Positions 1 through 10,478 of a DNA stretch of 64,000 bases are shown in pieces. Made by a program: the position numbers and the translations under genes. Below the pieces are notes generated by a model. The model was not told the DNA's origin. It ran no database searches and saw nothing but the letters and a program-made list of their open reading frames with translations. Source of the DNA: Squalus acanthias (lineage: Eukaryota); the NCBI GenBank assembly GCA_030390025.1, contig CM059440.1, positions 52,638,001-52,702,000 on the forward strand, read 5' to 3'. Position 1 is the first letter of the stretch. Every line of letters starts with the position of its first letter.

Positions 1-68
1 CTCTTACGTCCCTCCCCAAGTTTATTGGTGGTTAGCAACAAGTTTTCTTTCCCTCCCTCCTTCTTCAC

Positions 69-1840
69 TCATTTATCTAGGGTTTTCATTCTGTGTCTGT
101 GATAACCCCTGCAACAATCAATCAGAATGTATAATGATAGTAATAATTGAACTACCACTAGCACATGTGACATGATCCTGATCCGTGGATGTACATTCAC
201 ATTTAGTCCCCAGTTCCAGATCTTATTGTACCAAGAAGTTTCTGCTAAGGTTTTACTAATGTCTTTAAATTGTTCCTTTAAGTCTTCTATTCTATGATAA
301 TGTTTTAAAATCTCCTTCGTTTCCTGCTGTAATTTCTTCCAAGCTTTTTCTTCCTCTAACTTAGGAAGTGCCTTGGGCTCTGGTATGACACAAGTTTCAA
401 TCATTCTATTAAGTCCTGTATTATTAAGGGAAAAACTTTTCTCTTGTGGTCTTGGTGGGTGTATATATTGGTGCCCTATCTGCATAGGTATCTCTGGGTA
501 AAAACAAAAGTTTGGCTGGGGAATGGGACAAGTCAGATCTTGATATTCATATTTCTATTCAGCTGTGGTGACACAAAATGTCCCGTTGTTCTCCAGTGCT
601 ACCCTTGTTCGGTGTATCCCCCTTGGGTGTACCTCAAGGGTACAATTGGTGGTTCTCGTAAATCCGCACTTGGCTGTGTCTCCCTCGGTGGGGGGGTGTG
701 TGCATACCCATGTCCTTCCCTTGTGGTGGCCCCCGTCCATCACCACCCCACCTTAAGGTTCTATTCTTCTGGTTATTATCTTCATCCCTTTTCCAAATCG
801 TCTTGGTAGGGACATCATGATATTTAACCCAACTCCCCCTTTGTACCTCTCCTATATTAATCACATCATATAGGGGCTGTCCCTCTTCTGGGAGTTGTGG
901 GATGGCCAGTACAAAGCCAATCACCTTAGTCCATGGGGTCAGACAATTGCCTGCCCTGTGTACTTGTCCCATTTTATGCCCTTTGCATAGGCTTTTATTT
1001 GTGTCAATCCAAGGTTCCAGATCCTCATTAGTAATCCAATCAGGGATCTGTCCATTATTTATTTGCTTCATGTTATGCTGAGCATTCAACAGTAGCCATG
1101 AGCCATACATGGCACATGTCAATTCCTTATGGGTTTGGTGGGATGCATTGCTAATCTGATCAATAATTGTTTTTGCATGGGGGGGCTACTATCTCTTCCA
1201 CCCCCAACAATTGTTTTGCCGTTTGTCCTCCTACCAGTGCCGTTTGTTGGCTATTTTCAGTGGCTTGTTTTATTAACTTCTTTATTTTTGCCTGTAGTTC
1301 TTCTACTCCTTCACTTACTCCTTCTATGTCAAAACTATTAACTGTTGCTAACCTGGCCGCATACCCAGCTCCGGCCATTTCCAATACTCCCCGTTTCTTA
1401 CGTTGCTGTAAGATAGATTTTCCTTGTGGACCCTCTAATTGTTTCATCCACATATTTGGACTATTGTGGAACCCCCTGCGGGATCCTGGTCCATGTATCC
1501 TGTCTATCCCTGACAGTAAAGGCGAATTTCCCTTGTGATTCCTCTGCCAATGGTATGGACCAGAACCCGTTCTGTATCCAAGACTGTAAATATTTTAAAG
1601 TCTGGTTTCAGACCATTAAATATCTTATTCAATGCGGTCTACTCAAATTTACACCAACCAGAATTTCACCGTGCACAATAAAAGTCTGGTTTTTAATAGG
1701 TTAATTAACCTCAATAACTCCAATTCAATCCAGATCAATTTTTTTAAACTAACCAGACCAGTATCACTTGGAAAAGAAAGAAACCATAGCCACATTAACA
1801 AAGAAACAATTACCCATGCCTTGTAAACATTCAGATTCAT
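69..1840 (-). pseudogene. env: Retroviral envelope glycoprotein with class I / paramyxovirus-F-like layout, disrupted by frameshifts and stops
   Basis: Signal peptide MNLNVYKAWVIVSLLMWLWFLSFPSDTG (from 1840); RKKR at 1391-1402; Gly/Ala-rich fusion peptide GVLEMAGAGYAARLA; heptad repeat; Cys-rich middle region (ORFs 634-1122, 555-746); heptad repeat, TM (VLVVVQLLLSLYILI) and short tail in ORF 69-485. Confidence 0.85.
1454..1623 (-). pseudogene. pol: Retroviral reverse transcriptase fragment embedded in env
   Basis: With two frameshifts it reads IFNGLKPDFKIFTVLD..NGFWSIPLAEESQGKFAFTVRDRQDTWTRIPQGFHNSP, matching the retroviral RT stretch LD..N/DxF..IPL...FAFT....WTRLPQGFxNSP. Confidence 0.85.
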
Positions 1841-2379
1841 TTTCTTCCAGGCACATTGGCAACTGTGACTTCAAGGCTGAAGCTTATCTTTTGTAAAACA
1901 ATTAACAAACTTAAAACAACACACGCTTGTTCATCCTGCAAGACAAGTCTTCAAAGGGTTAAACAGCTTTTAGCGCTCTGTACAAAAGAGTGGGTGGAGC
2001 TAAAACAAAAATGACAGACACTTTTTTAAAGACAGACTTTCAGACAAAATAAATACTGTAACTTCTTAAACATTCACAGTCAGGAAAACTTTCACTCTTT
2101 TAATACACACTTTCACCCAAACTGAGATCCCAGCATTCCTTTTAAGATTCCTTTCACTCAACAAATCTTGTGTTTTATTTGTCTCGGCACAGACATTAAT
2201 AACTTCCATGTCGATAAAACTTTAAATTTCTCTTTTTTTTCTTTTTACATAGGCGTCTCAGCAGCTTTTCCTGGCTTTCCAAATCCCTGTTTATTTTTGG
2301 TGAGTTTTCAGATTGGTTAGCCTGCAAATTAGATCTTTTGGCATCGTTTTTATTGTTACGTATATTCTTATACTCTATC

Positions 2380-2873
2380 TTATACTTTATTGTAAGGTGG
2401 TGGGAGATTATTTTCTTCTGGCCAGGGCGGTGGCTCCGGCCAGTTCCCCCCTCTATCGTATCCTGCTGTTTCCTTTTCTGACCCACCCCCATCTATATTA
2501 CCATCTCCTGATAATTTTGGGTATGAGGGCGTACTGCTGGAGCTGGCTGCCGTCACTGGGTATCCCTTCCCTCTTTGTTTGGGAGTTGTTACTTTTTTTT
2601 CTCTTCCCTTTCTTCCTCTTCCTTCTGTTTCAATTCCTTACATTGTTTCTGGTAACAAGCTAGGATCACCATTCCCCCTTTTCCCTCTTTATCTTTGGTT
2701 TGTCCCCTCCACCAAACCCTTTGGCTCTCTGCACTGTCTTCGGGATCCCATCCTTTCTTTTTCATAGTTTCAATGAGTTTCTGATTTTTGTCCGCTAAAT
2801 AGCGGGTGACGGAGTCGGGATCTCCCCAAGGGAATGGTCCCGCCTCCTTTGTGTTCGAGTCTTTCTTTGACAT
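2380..2873 (-). pseudogene. gag: Short Gag-like (matrix / late-domain) ORF, ~164 aa with a -1 shift at an A8 run
   Basis: First ATG-initiated ORF of the track after the PBS (2873-2589); continues in the -1 frame to ...SYPKL...WPEPPPWPEENNLPPPYNKV* (YPKL 2512-2523, PPPY 2392-2403); no capsid or CCHC motifs seen. Confidence 0.6.
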
Positions 2874-3164
2874 TGAGTTACTACCTTCCGTGGGTAGTCT
2901 CCCTTCTGTCCATTCTTTTAAGAATTCTTATTTTACTACGCGCGTTTCTATAGGATTTTGCCGCCTACCCGGCTTGAAGGATTTGCCGCCTCCCCGGCTA
3001 ACCGGACCGCACCACTTCCTCGAGTCTGTCTCTATTTTAGTTCTTTTAATCACAGCCTTACCAGATCTCACAGTACGTTCTGAGCTTTCTAATTTATGGG
3101 TGGTAATTTAAAACGTACTCACCCTCTCTAGCTCAACGTTCCCGTGGGCCGGTAAGGGTCTGCG

Positions 3165-3182
3165 ATCCTGCCGACTACGCCA
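3165..3182 (-). promoter_or_regulatory. Primer-binding site complementary to tRNA-Ser
   Basis: Minus strand TGGCGTAGTCGGCAGGAT is the complement of the vertebrate tRNA-Ser 3' end (ATCCTGCCGACTACGCCA); it lies 2 nt after the LTR terminal CA. Confidence 0.92.
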
Positions 3183-3184
3183 AT

Positions 3185-3851
3185 TGATGTAAGTCAGAAG
3201 CGGACGCAGTGATTTACAAGGTCGACGCTCAGCCTCGATACAGATGACAGACTTCGAGTGATGGTTCAAAATGGTCCTTTATTGTCCACAGGCCTGGGGA
3301 GAACCTTCTGAGACTCTACTCAGATCCGACTCCACCAATACCCTGGCAACGTTTACAATTATACACAAAAATCATATCCCGCCCTAGGGGTGGGTGCAAA
3401 GCTATCAAGTATACAGATTTATTACTAAATGGCAAATATAAAGTATAACATTTCATCCTTCCTACCGCCTACAAATTGCGTGACATGTGGCATTACGCCC
3501 TACATTCCCGATTAATCACATTTCTGTTATCAGTTGGTCCAAGGAACTTCTGAGACTGCGGCCTTGGATGAGTCTATTGCTGCTACAACTGCCCTTTGTC
3601 TCTGGCCAGATGGTTTGTGCAGTAGTGTTTTTTTCTTAAGATAACAGTTCCTGTTTTTGTAACAGGCTCAAGTTACTTCTGCAAAGCAAGCAGAGTGTGA
3701 TTAGTGACTGAGACTTTTCCAATGGCTTTTAGCAGTCAGCCATTTTACGATGCCCACATTACATACTTTACTTACTAAATACACATTTCCCCTCTATCTC
3801 GGTCCTATACCTAACACTTAATAATATTAAATATAAAATTTAATTACTTCA
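3185..3851 (-). repeat. 5' LTR of the ERV (667 bp)
   Basis: Minus-strand ends TGAAGTAA...TTACATCA (7/8 inverted repeat); AATAAA at 3278-3283; TATA-like sequence near 3358-3365; abuts the PBS. Confidence 0.85.
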
Positions 3852-5110
3852 TGCTGCAAATTTGAAATAACAACAGAAAACGCTGGAAAAACTCAGCAGG
3901 CCAGGCAGCATCCGTGGAGAGAGAAACAGAGTTAACGTTTCAGGTCTGGGACCCTTCATCAGAACTGGAAAAAGCTGGAGATGTAACAGATATTAAGCAG
4001 GTGCAGAGACACCGGGGGGGAGGGGGGGGGTGCGGGGGGAGAGGAGCTGAAGGAACGTACTGTGCTTTTGTAAGAGGCAGGAAAGATAAAATGTTGCAAA
4101 TGGGGATGGCAAAATCATACAGCATGAGAAATGGGGGCAGGGGTTATAGTTTGAAATTGTTGAACTCAATGTTGATTCCAGAAGGCTGTAAAGAGCCTAA
4201 TCGAAAGATGAGGTGCTGTTCCTCGAGCTTAAGTTGAGCTTCATTTGAACAATGTAATAGGCCGAGGTCAGAGTGGGACTGAAGCGGTGAATTAAAGTGA
4301 AAGGTGACCGGAAGCTCGGGGTCACCCTTACGGACTGAACGGAGGTGTTCCGCAAAGCGGTCGCCCAATCTGCGTTTGGTCTCCCCAATGTAGAGGAGAC
4401 CACATCGTGAGCAGCGAATACAGTATACTAAATTGCAAGAAGTACAAGTAAATCACTGTTTCACCTGGAAGGGGTGTTTGGGGCCCTGGACAGTGGGAAG
4501 GGAGGAGGTAAAAGGGCAGGTGTTACATCTCCTGCGCTTGCATGGGAAGGTGCCGGGCGAAGGGGAAGAGCTGTTAAGGGTGATTGAGGAGTGGACCAGG
4601 GTGTCGCGGAGGGAGCGGTCCCTTCGGAATGCTGAAAGGGGAGGGGAGGGGAGGGGAAGATGCGTTTGGTGGGATCACGTTGGAGGTGGCGGAAATTACG
4701 CAGGATGATCCGTTGAATGTGGAGGCTGTTGGGGTGAAAGGTGAGGACAAGGGGAACCCTATCGTGGTTCTGGGAGGGAGGGGAAGGGGTGAGAGCAGAA
4801 GTGCAGGAAATGAAATGGACATGGTCAAGGGCCGTGTCAACCACAGTAGCAGGGAATCCTCGGTTGAGGAAAAAGGAAGACACGTCGGAAGCACTGGTAT
4901 GGAAGGTGGCATCGTCAGAACAGACGCGGCGGAGACGGAGAAACTGGGAGAATGGAATAGAGTCCTTACAGGAAGCGGGGTGGGAGGAAGTGTAGTCCAG
5001 GTAGCTGTGGGAGTCAGTAGGCTTGTAGTGGATGTTTGTCGAAAGCCGATCGCCAGAAATGGTGACGGAGAAGTCAAGAAAGGGAAGGGAAGAGTCGGAG
5101 ATGGACCATG
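3852..5110 (-). mobile_element. Penelope-like retroelement fragment (RT C-terminus plus GIY-YIG endonuclease)
   Basis: Translations GDRFAEHLRSVRK...HFNS...LEEQHLIFRLGSLQPSGINIEF and SSFFLNRGFP...RVPLVLTFHP. Confidence 0.8.
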
Positions 5111-5397
5111 GTTCACGGACTCCCAGGCCGCCTGCCTTTTCTGCGGCCTAGAGGAGGAGTCTTAAGTTACAGTCAATTTGTTTAATCAAAAGAGCAACCA
5201 GAAAGAGTAACCTGCAGTTACCTGACACCAACGATACCATAATAAGATACCATAATCTTGGTCACTGCGCTCGGTCCCAGTCTTGAATGGTTTCACTTGT
5301 AATGTTGGGTCATTTTAATGGGCAAGATGGATAATTCCCAAGTAAATATTGTTCATGGAGCTGAAAATAATATTGCAAAGAAACGGCCCCTGTCTAT

Positions 5398-6982
5398 TTA
5401 CATAAGAACATAAGAAATAGGAGCAGGAATAGGCCACTTGGCCCATCGAGCCTGCTCTGCCATTCAATAAGATCATGGCTGATCTTGGGCTCAAAGCCAC
5501 TTCCCTGCCCGCTCCCCATAACCCTTCACTCCCTTATTTTGTAAAAATCTGTCTATCTCCACCTTAAATGTATTTAATGACCCAGCCTCCACGGCTCTCT
5601 GGGGCAGAGAATTCCACAAATTTATGACCCTCAGAGAAGAAATTCCTCCTCATCTCAGTTCTAAAAGGGTGACCCTTTATTCTGAAACTATGCCCCTGAG
5701 TTCTGGATTTCCCCATGAGGGGAAACATCCTCTCTTAATCCACCTTGTCGAGCCCCCTCAGTATCTTGTATGCTTCAATAAGATCACCTCTCATTCATCT
5801 AAATTCCAATGAGTATAGGCCCAACCTCCTCAACCTTTCTTCAAAAGTCAACCTCCTCATCTCTGGAATCAACTGTGTGAATCGTCTCTGAACTGCCTCC
5901 AATGCAAGTATATCCTTCCTTAAATAAGGCGACCAAAACTGTATGCAGTACTCAAGGTGTGGTCTCACCAATACCCTGTACAGTGGTAGCAGGACTTCCC
6001 TGCTTTTATACTCCAACCCCCTTGCAATAAAGGCCAACATTCCATTTGCCTTTTTGATTACTTGCTGCACCTGCATGCTAACTTTTTCTGTTTCATGCAC
6101 AAGGACCCCCAGGTCCCTCTGAACTGTAGCATTTCGTAAAATCTCTCCATTTAAAAAATAATTTGCTTTTTTATTTTTCCTTGCACTTTCCCACATTATA
6201 CTCCATCTGCCAAATGTTTGCCCACTCACTTAGCCTGTCTATGTCCCTTTGTAGATCTTTAAGTCCTCTGCACAACTTGCTTTCCCACCCATCTTTGTAT
6301 CGTCTGCAAACTTGGCTACAGTACACTCGGTCCCTTCATCCAAGTCATTAATGTAGACTGTAAATAGCTGAGGCCCCAGCACCGATCCCTGTGGCACCCC
6401 ACTAGTTACCGTTTGCCAACCGGAAAATGACCCATTTATCCCGACTCTCTGTTTTCTGTTAGTTAACTAATTCTCTATCCATGCTAATATATTACCCCCA
6501 ACTCCGTGAGCTCTTATCTTATGCAGTAACCTTCTTTGTGGCACCTTATTGAATGCCTTCTGGAAATCCAAAGACACCACATCCACTGGCTCACCCTTAT
6601 CCACCCTGCTCGTTACATCCTCAAAGAACTCCAGCAAATTTGTTAAACATGATTTCCCTTTCATAAAACCATGCTGACTCTGCTTGACTGCATTATGATT
6701 TTCCCAATGCCCTGCTAATGCTTCCTTAATGAAGGACTCCAGCATTTTCCCAATGACAGATGTTAGGCTAACTGGTCTATAGTTTCCTGCTTTCTGTCTC
6801 CCTCCTTTCTTAAATAGGGGTGTTACATTTGCGGTTTTCCAATCCGCTGGGACCGCTCCAGAGTCCAGGGAATTTTGGTAGATTGCAACCAATGCATCCA
6901 CTATCTCTGCAGCCACTTCTTTTAAGACCCTGGGATGCAGGCCATCTGGTCCAGGGGACCTGTCGTCTTTTAGTCCCATTAA
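5398..6982 (-). mobile_element. CR1-clade LINE, 5'-truncated (RT and 3' tail)
   Basis: [35 protein letters not shown] motifs; TTCTTATG tandem 3' tail. Confidence 0.9.
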
Positions 6983-7277
6983 TTTGTGGTGTTTACTGAT
7001 CATGTTGCTGCAGTTACTTTTTTTGATGTCCATTTTGTGAGGTGAGGGAACAAAACATTTTCTATTTCAATAGATCACAGAAAATATCAAAGCAGGAAAT
7101 ATCAACCATTCAGGAGAAGAGAAAGTACAACTGTGGGGATAATTACTACTTAGTGCTTTCCTGTGTTCAAGATTAAATCTCGTATTAATCATCCTTTTTA
7201 AAATAAAATATTTTGAAAAGTTAAGATTAAATCTCTTGGAACAATGCTGTTACTAATCTATTTGTTTTAATTCACAG

Positions 7278-7631
7278 CTCAGTTTCAAGTCCACACCCCA
7301 GAAGCACCAGTGACTGCTATCTACGGCCAGTACACGGTGCTGAGTTGCAGCTTTACAGCTCAGGGTAAATCGTCACTGGATCGGCTGTTCATCAGTTGGC
7401 AACGTGTCGAGACAGAGGAAGTTGTTTATAAATATTATTCTGGAAAAGAGCTACTGAGTCGCCAAAGCCCTCGGTATTCGGGAAGGACAAGCTTATTCCC
7501 AGAGGAGTTAAAACAAGGGAACGTTTCAGTGAAGCTGGACAGAGTGAGACCAGAGGATGCTGGACAGTACCTGTGCTTAGTCAGGAATGCAAAAGGAAGT
7601 GGCCAGGGCTTTGTGTCTCTAATATTTGCAG
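7278..7631 (+). CDS. B7-family (CD276-like) gene A, IgV exon
   Basis: ttcacag acceptor, GCAG|gtacat donor, phase 1-1, 354 nt open; VLSCSF, ISWQR, RYSGRTSLF, VRPEDAGQYLC V-set motifs. Confidence 0.9.
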
Positions 7632-8218
7632 GTACATGCTTCTTTCAGTTTTCATTTTTGTTCTGTCAGTGCTGCAAATTAAAGTCATGCTTCTTGGCCT
7701 CCCCTGATGGCTCAGTGAGTCTCACCATTGAGTGCCTGAGCCATACAGACCAGGTTTGATGCCCAGACTGTGCTGGTTTAGCTCCTCTCTGCTGGAACAG
7801 TGCTATTGGTGCAATCGACACACCTCGGTTAGGGTTGGCACTCCCGTTTGCTATTCAGCAAGTCCTGCCTGTGGACGGCTCCAGGATCGGGCTGAACTGT
7901 GATGGCCTCGCAGGTGAAAAGCCCACTGATATTTACCAACAAGGGTTATGTATGATTTTGGCTGAACAGCTGCCAGCAGGATATTGTGGGATTTTCACCT
8001 TCAACTTGATCACTTGGTACAATGATTTGAATATCTCCAAATTCATCACAAACAGCAATATCTACTATTCTGTTTGTACTTGGATTTGTTGTTTTTGAGC
8101 ATTTAAAGCTTTTATTGCAATATTCAATTAGTTATTAACTGGAACAAAATTCCTAGTTGGCATTATTTTTATCAAGTTTATTTCATGTTTCTAATGACCC
8201 TTTTTAAAAAATCTACAG

Positions 8219-8503
8219 CATACTACAAGGAACCTGACTTTTTTATTCAGTTAACACCATCCGGGACAGTGTTCAGATTCGAGTCCCAAGGTTACCCTGA
8301 GGCTACTGTTTCCTGGTACAATGAAGAAAATGAGGATATTTCTACACTGTCTGAGACTACGTACCAACAAAGTGGAGATGGTCTATACTCCCTGCAGAGT
8401 ATTCTGCAAATCAGTGACACCAATAGGAGTTCGAACTATACATTCAGATTAAGAAATGATGTTCTACACCAATCAGTTTCTCGAACATTTGGTCTTTCTG
8501 TAG
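8219..8503 (+). CDS. B7-family gene A, IgC exon (no cysteines)
   Basis: ctacag acceptor, GTAG|gtaaat donor, 285 nt; YYKEP, QGYPEATVSW, DGLYSLQSIL, NYTFRLRNDVLHQ resemble the CD276 IgC domain. Confidence 0.88.
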
Positions 8504-8939
8504 GTAAATTGTGTCCTACACTCAGTACTCATAACCTCCTGTTGTCTTGTGATACAATGCTGAATCACGACATCTTGATCTCCATGCCATTTGAAGTAAA
8601 GGAAATCTTCTTTCAGTTCTTCAGAAACTTCTGTTCCAGTTTCTTTCTGTTCCAGTCTCTTTCTGGTTCCACAAGTATAAACCGCTGCACCTTTTTAACT
8701 TTCATGGCCCTACACTTCTCTTGACTTACCAATGTTCTTGGCCTCACTATCTCCCAAGACCACAAATGGAGCTGCTGCATTGCTCGGCTGCTCAAAAGCT
8801 GTTTCCTCGTTTGTGCCAAACACTTCTCACCAAATACCTTTAACTCTCTATAGCTCGAGTCCTTTTGTGACTTGGATTCTGCTCCCATATTTGGGAAGAC
8901 TCTCCTTAATGTCTCCCTCGCTCCTTGGAGAGGATATAA

Positions 8940-9379
8940 GAAGTTCTCTCTATGCTGTATTGTACCCTCCACGCTATGTAAACTTCTGCTCATCCAAAAC
9001 CCTGCTGCCCTTCTATCCTGCACTACGATCTGCTAACCCTCTCCCTGTGCTCGCTGGCCTACATTAGCACCTGGTTACCAACGCCTCAAATTTAAAATTC
9101 TTATCCTTGTGGTTAAGTCCCTTTGTGGCCTCGTCCCTCCTAATCTCTCTGTACCCTTCTCTAGCCCTACAACCCTCTGAGACCTCTGCATTGCTCCAAC
9201 TCTGGCATCTTGTGAATTGCCTACTGCCATCGCCCTGCCACTGGCAGCCATCTATAGCTTGCGCTCCAGAATTCCCTTCCTAAACCTCTCTATCTTCCCT
9301 CCTCCCTTTTTTAAAACTTTCCTTAAAATCCACCTCTTTGACCAAGCTTTTAGTCACCCCTTCTAATATCTCTCTTTAG
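8940..9379 (+). mobile_element. L2-clade LINE 3' remnant
   Basis: Same 3' sequence (aaattct.atccttgt ... ttcc.tcctaaacc ... ctctttgaccaagctttt) recurs at 29580-30420 and 55440-55750. Confidence 0.6.
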
Positions 9380-9805
9380 GTGTCAGCCATGCATCGGGTG
9401 GGAGAAGGTCGTGGGTTCAAGCCCAACTCCAGAGACTTGAACACAAAAATCTAGGCTGACACTCCAGCACTGTGCTGAGGGAGTGCTGCACTGTCGGAGG
9501 TGCTGCCTTTCAGATGAGACGTTAAACCGAGGCACCGTCTGCTCTCTCAGGTGGACATAAGATCCCATGGCACTATTACGAAGAGCAGGGGAGTTCTCCC
9601 TGGTGTCCTGACTATTATTATCCTTCAACCAACATCACTTTAAAAAAAAAAAGATTATCTGGTCATTATCTAATTACTGTCTGTGGGAGCTTGCTGTGCG
9701 CAAATTCACTGCTGCGTTTCCTGCATGTCAACAGTGACCACTTAAAGTACTTTATTGGCTGTAAAGCGCTTTGGGGTTGTGAAAGGCGCTGTATAAATAC
9801 GTGTT
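9380..9805 (+). mobile_element. tRNA-derived Deu-domain SINE (SacSINE1/AmnSINE1-like)
   Basis: B-box GGTTCAAGCCC; core GAGGGAGTGCTGCACTGTCGGAGG...GAGACGTTAAACCG; L2-like tail AAAGGCGCTGTATAAAT. Confidence 0.8.
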
Positions 9806-10044
9806 TTTTTGGCTGATTACGCTACTGTGAAGCACCTTGGGATGTTTTTCTACATTAAAGGTGCTATATCAATGCACTTTGTTGCTGGTTTAGGCGACTA
9901 CTGTGTTATCCAACGTTTAAAAATACTTTCACCATACAATTACATTCTTAAATGCGGTCGTGCTTTTATGGTGGTTGTATTTTAAACTATTAGCACTGAA
10001 ACCACTGCTGTAATGATCAATAGTTTTCTTCCTTTTTTCCACAG

Positions 10045-10202
10045 AAATGAAAACTGATCACCTTTTAACAAGAAATCGCTGGATGCTTGCAGTCACTGTC
10101 CTTGCTATTGAATTTATAATTTTAATTCTAGTCATAGCCGTGTGCAAGAAACGTGTTTCACTGGCAAATGGAGAGAAACAAAATGAACACGGCATTACGT
10201 GA
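10045..10202 (+). CDS. B7-family gene A, TM and cytoplasmic terminal exon
   Basis: ttttttccacag acceptor, phase 1; encodes EMKTDHLLTRNRWMLAVTVLAIEFIILILVIAVCKKRVSLANGEKQNEHGIT*. Confidence 0.85.
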
Positions 10203-10472
10203 TGGATCATTCAAGAAAATGCATGTGATTGGACGCTGCCCCTTCAGCCATGAAAACCGATATTTACTGTCGCAACATCGTGGGTTACTGCTATTCGCAG
10301 CCTTGTGCAAATGTGGACACGTCTTCTTAACCCTCACTACTAAATATCAACACACAGAATAAGAAGTGCCATCTGATTGGTCCCTTTTCTCATTTGTAAC
10401 TTCCAAACTCTTATTTATTTAATATAACAGTGTTTTTTGTCCTTCTTCTGCTGGACCAGGACAGCTTAATGC

Positions 10473-10478
10473 AATAAA
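10473..10478 (+). terminator. Candidate poly(A) signal of gene A
   Basis: AATAAA 270 nt after the stop, followed by T-rich sequence; ATTTA motifs near 10411-10422. Confidence 0.55.

Larger units (their letters stand above)
1..3851 (-). mobile_element. Degenerate endogenous retrovirus (LTR-PBS-short gag-like-env, pol almost entirely deleted); 3' LTR lies outside the window
   Basis: LTR with TG...CA ends, tRNA-Ser PBS, Gag-like ORF with late domains, RT motif fragment, and env with furin site, fusion peptide, heptad repeats and TM; all on the minus strand. Confidence 0.9.

Noticed and set aside
2313-2663. Hydrophobic plus-strand ORF (116 aa) antisense to gag
   Set aside because: Explained as the antisense shadow of a purine-rich gag strand; no independent evidence
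7632-7759. ORF-track extensions past the Ig exons (also 8504-8724, 40301-40311, 41606-41637) as soluble isoforms
   Set aside because: They run through good GT donors into intron and are not conserved between paralogues
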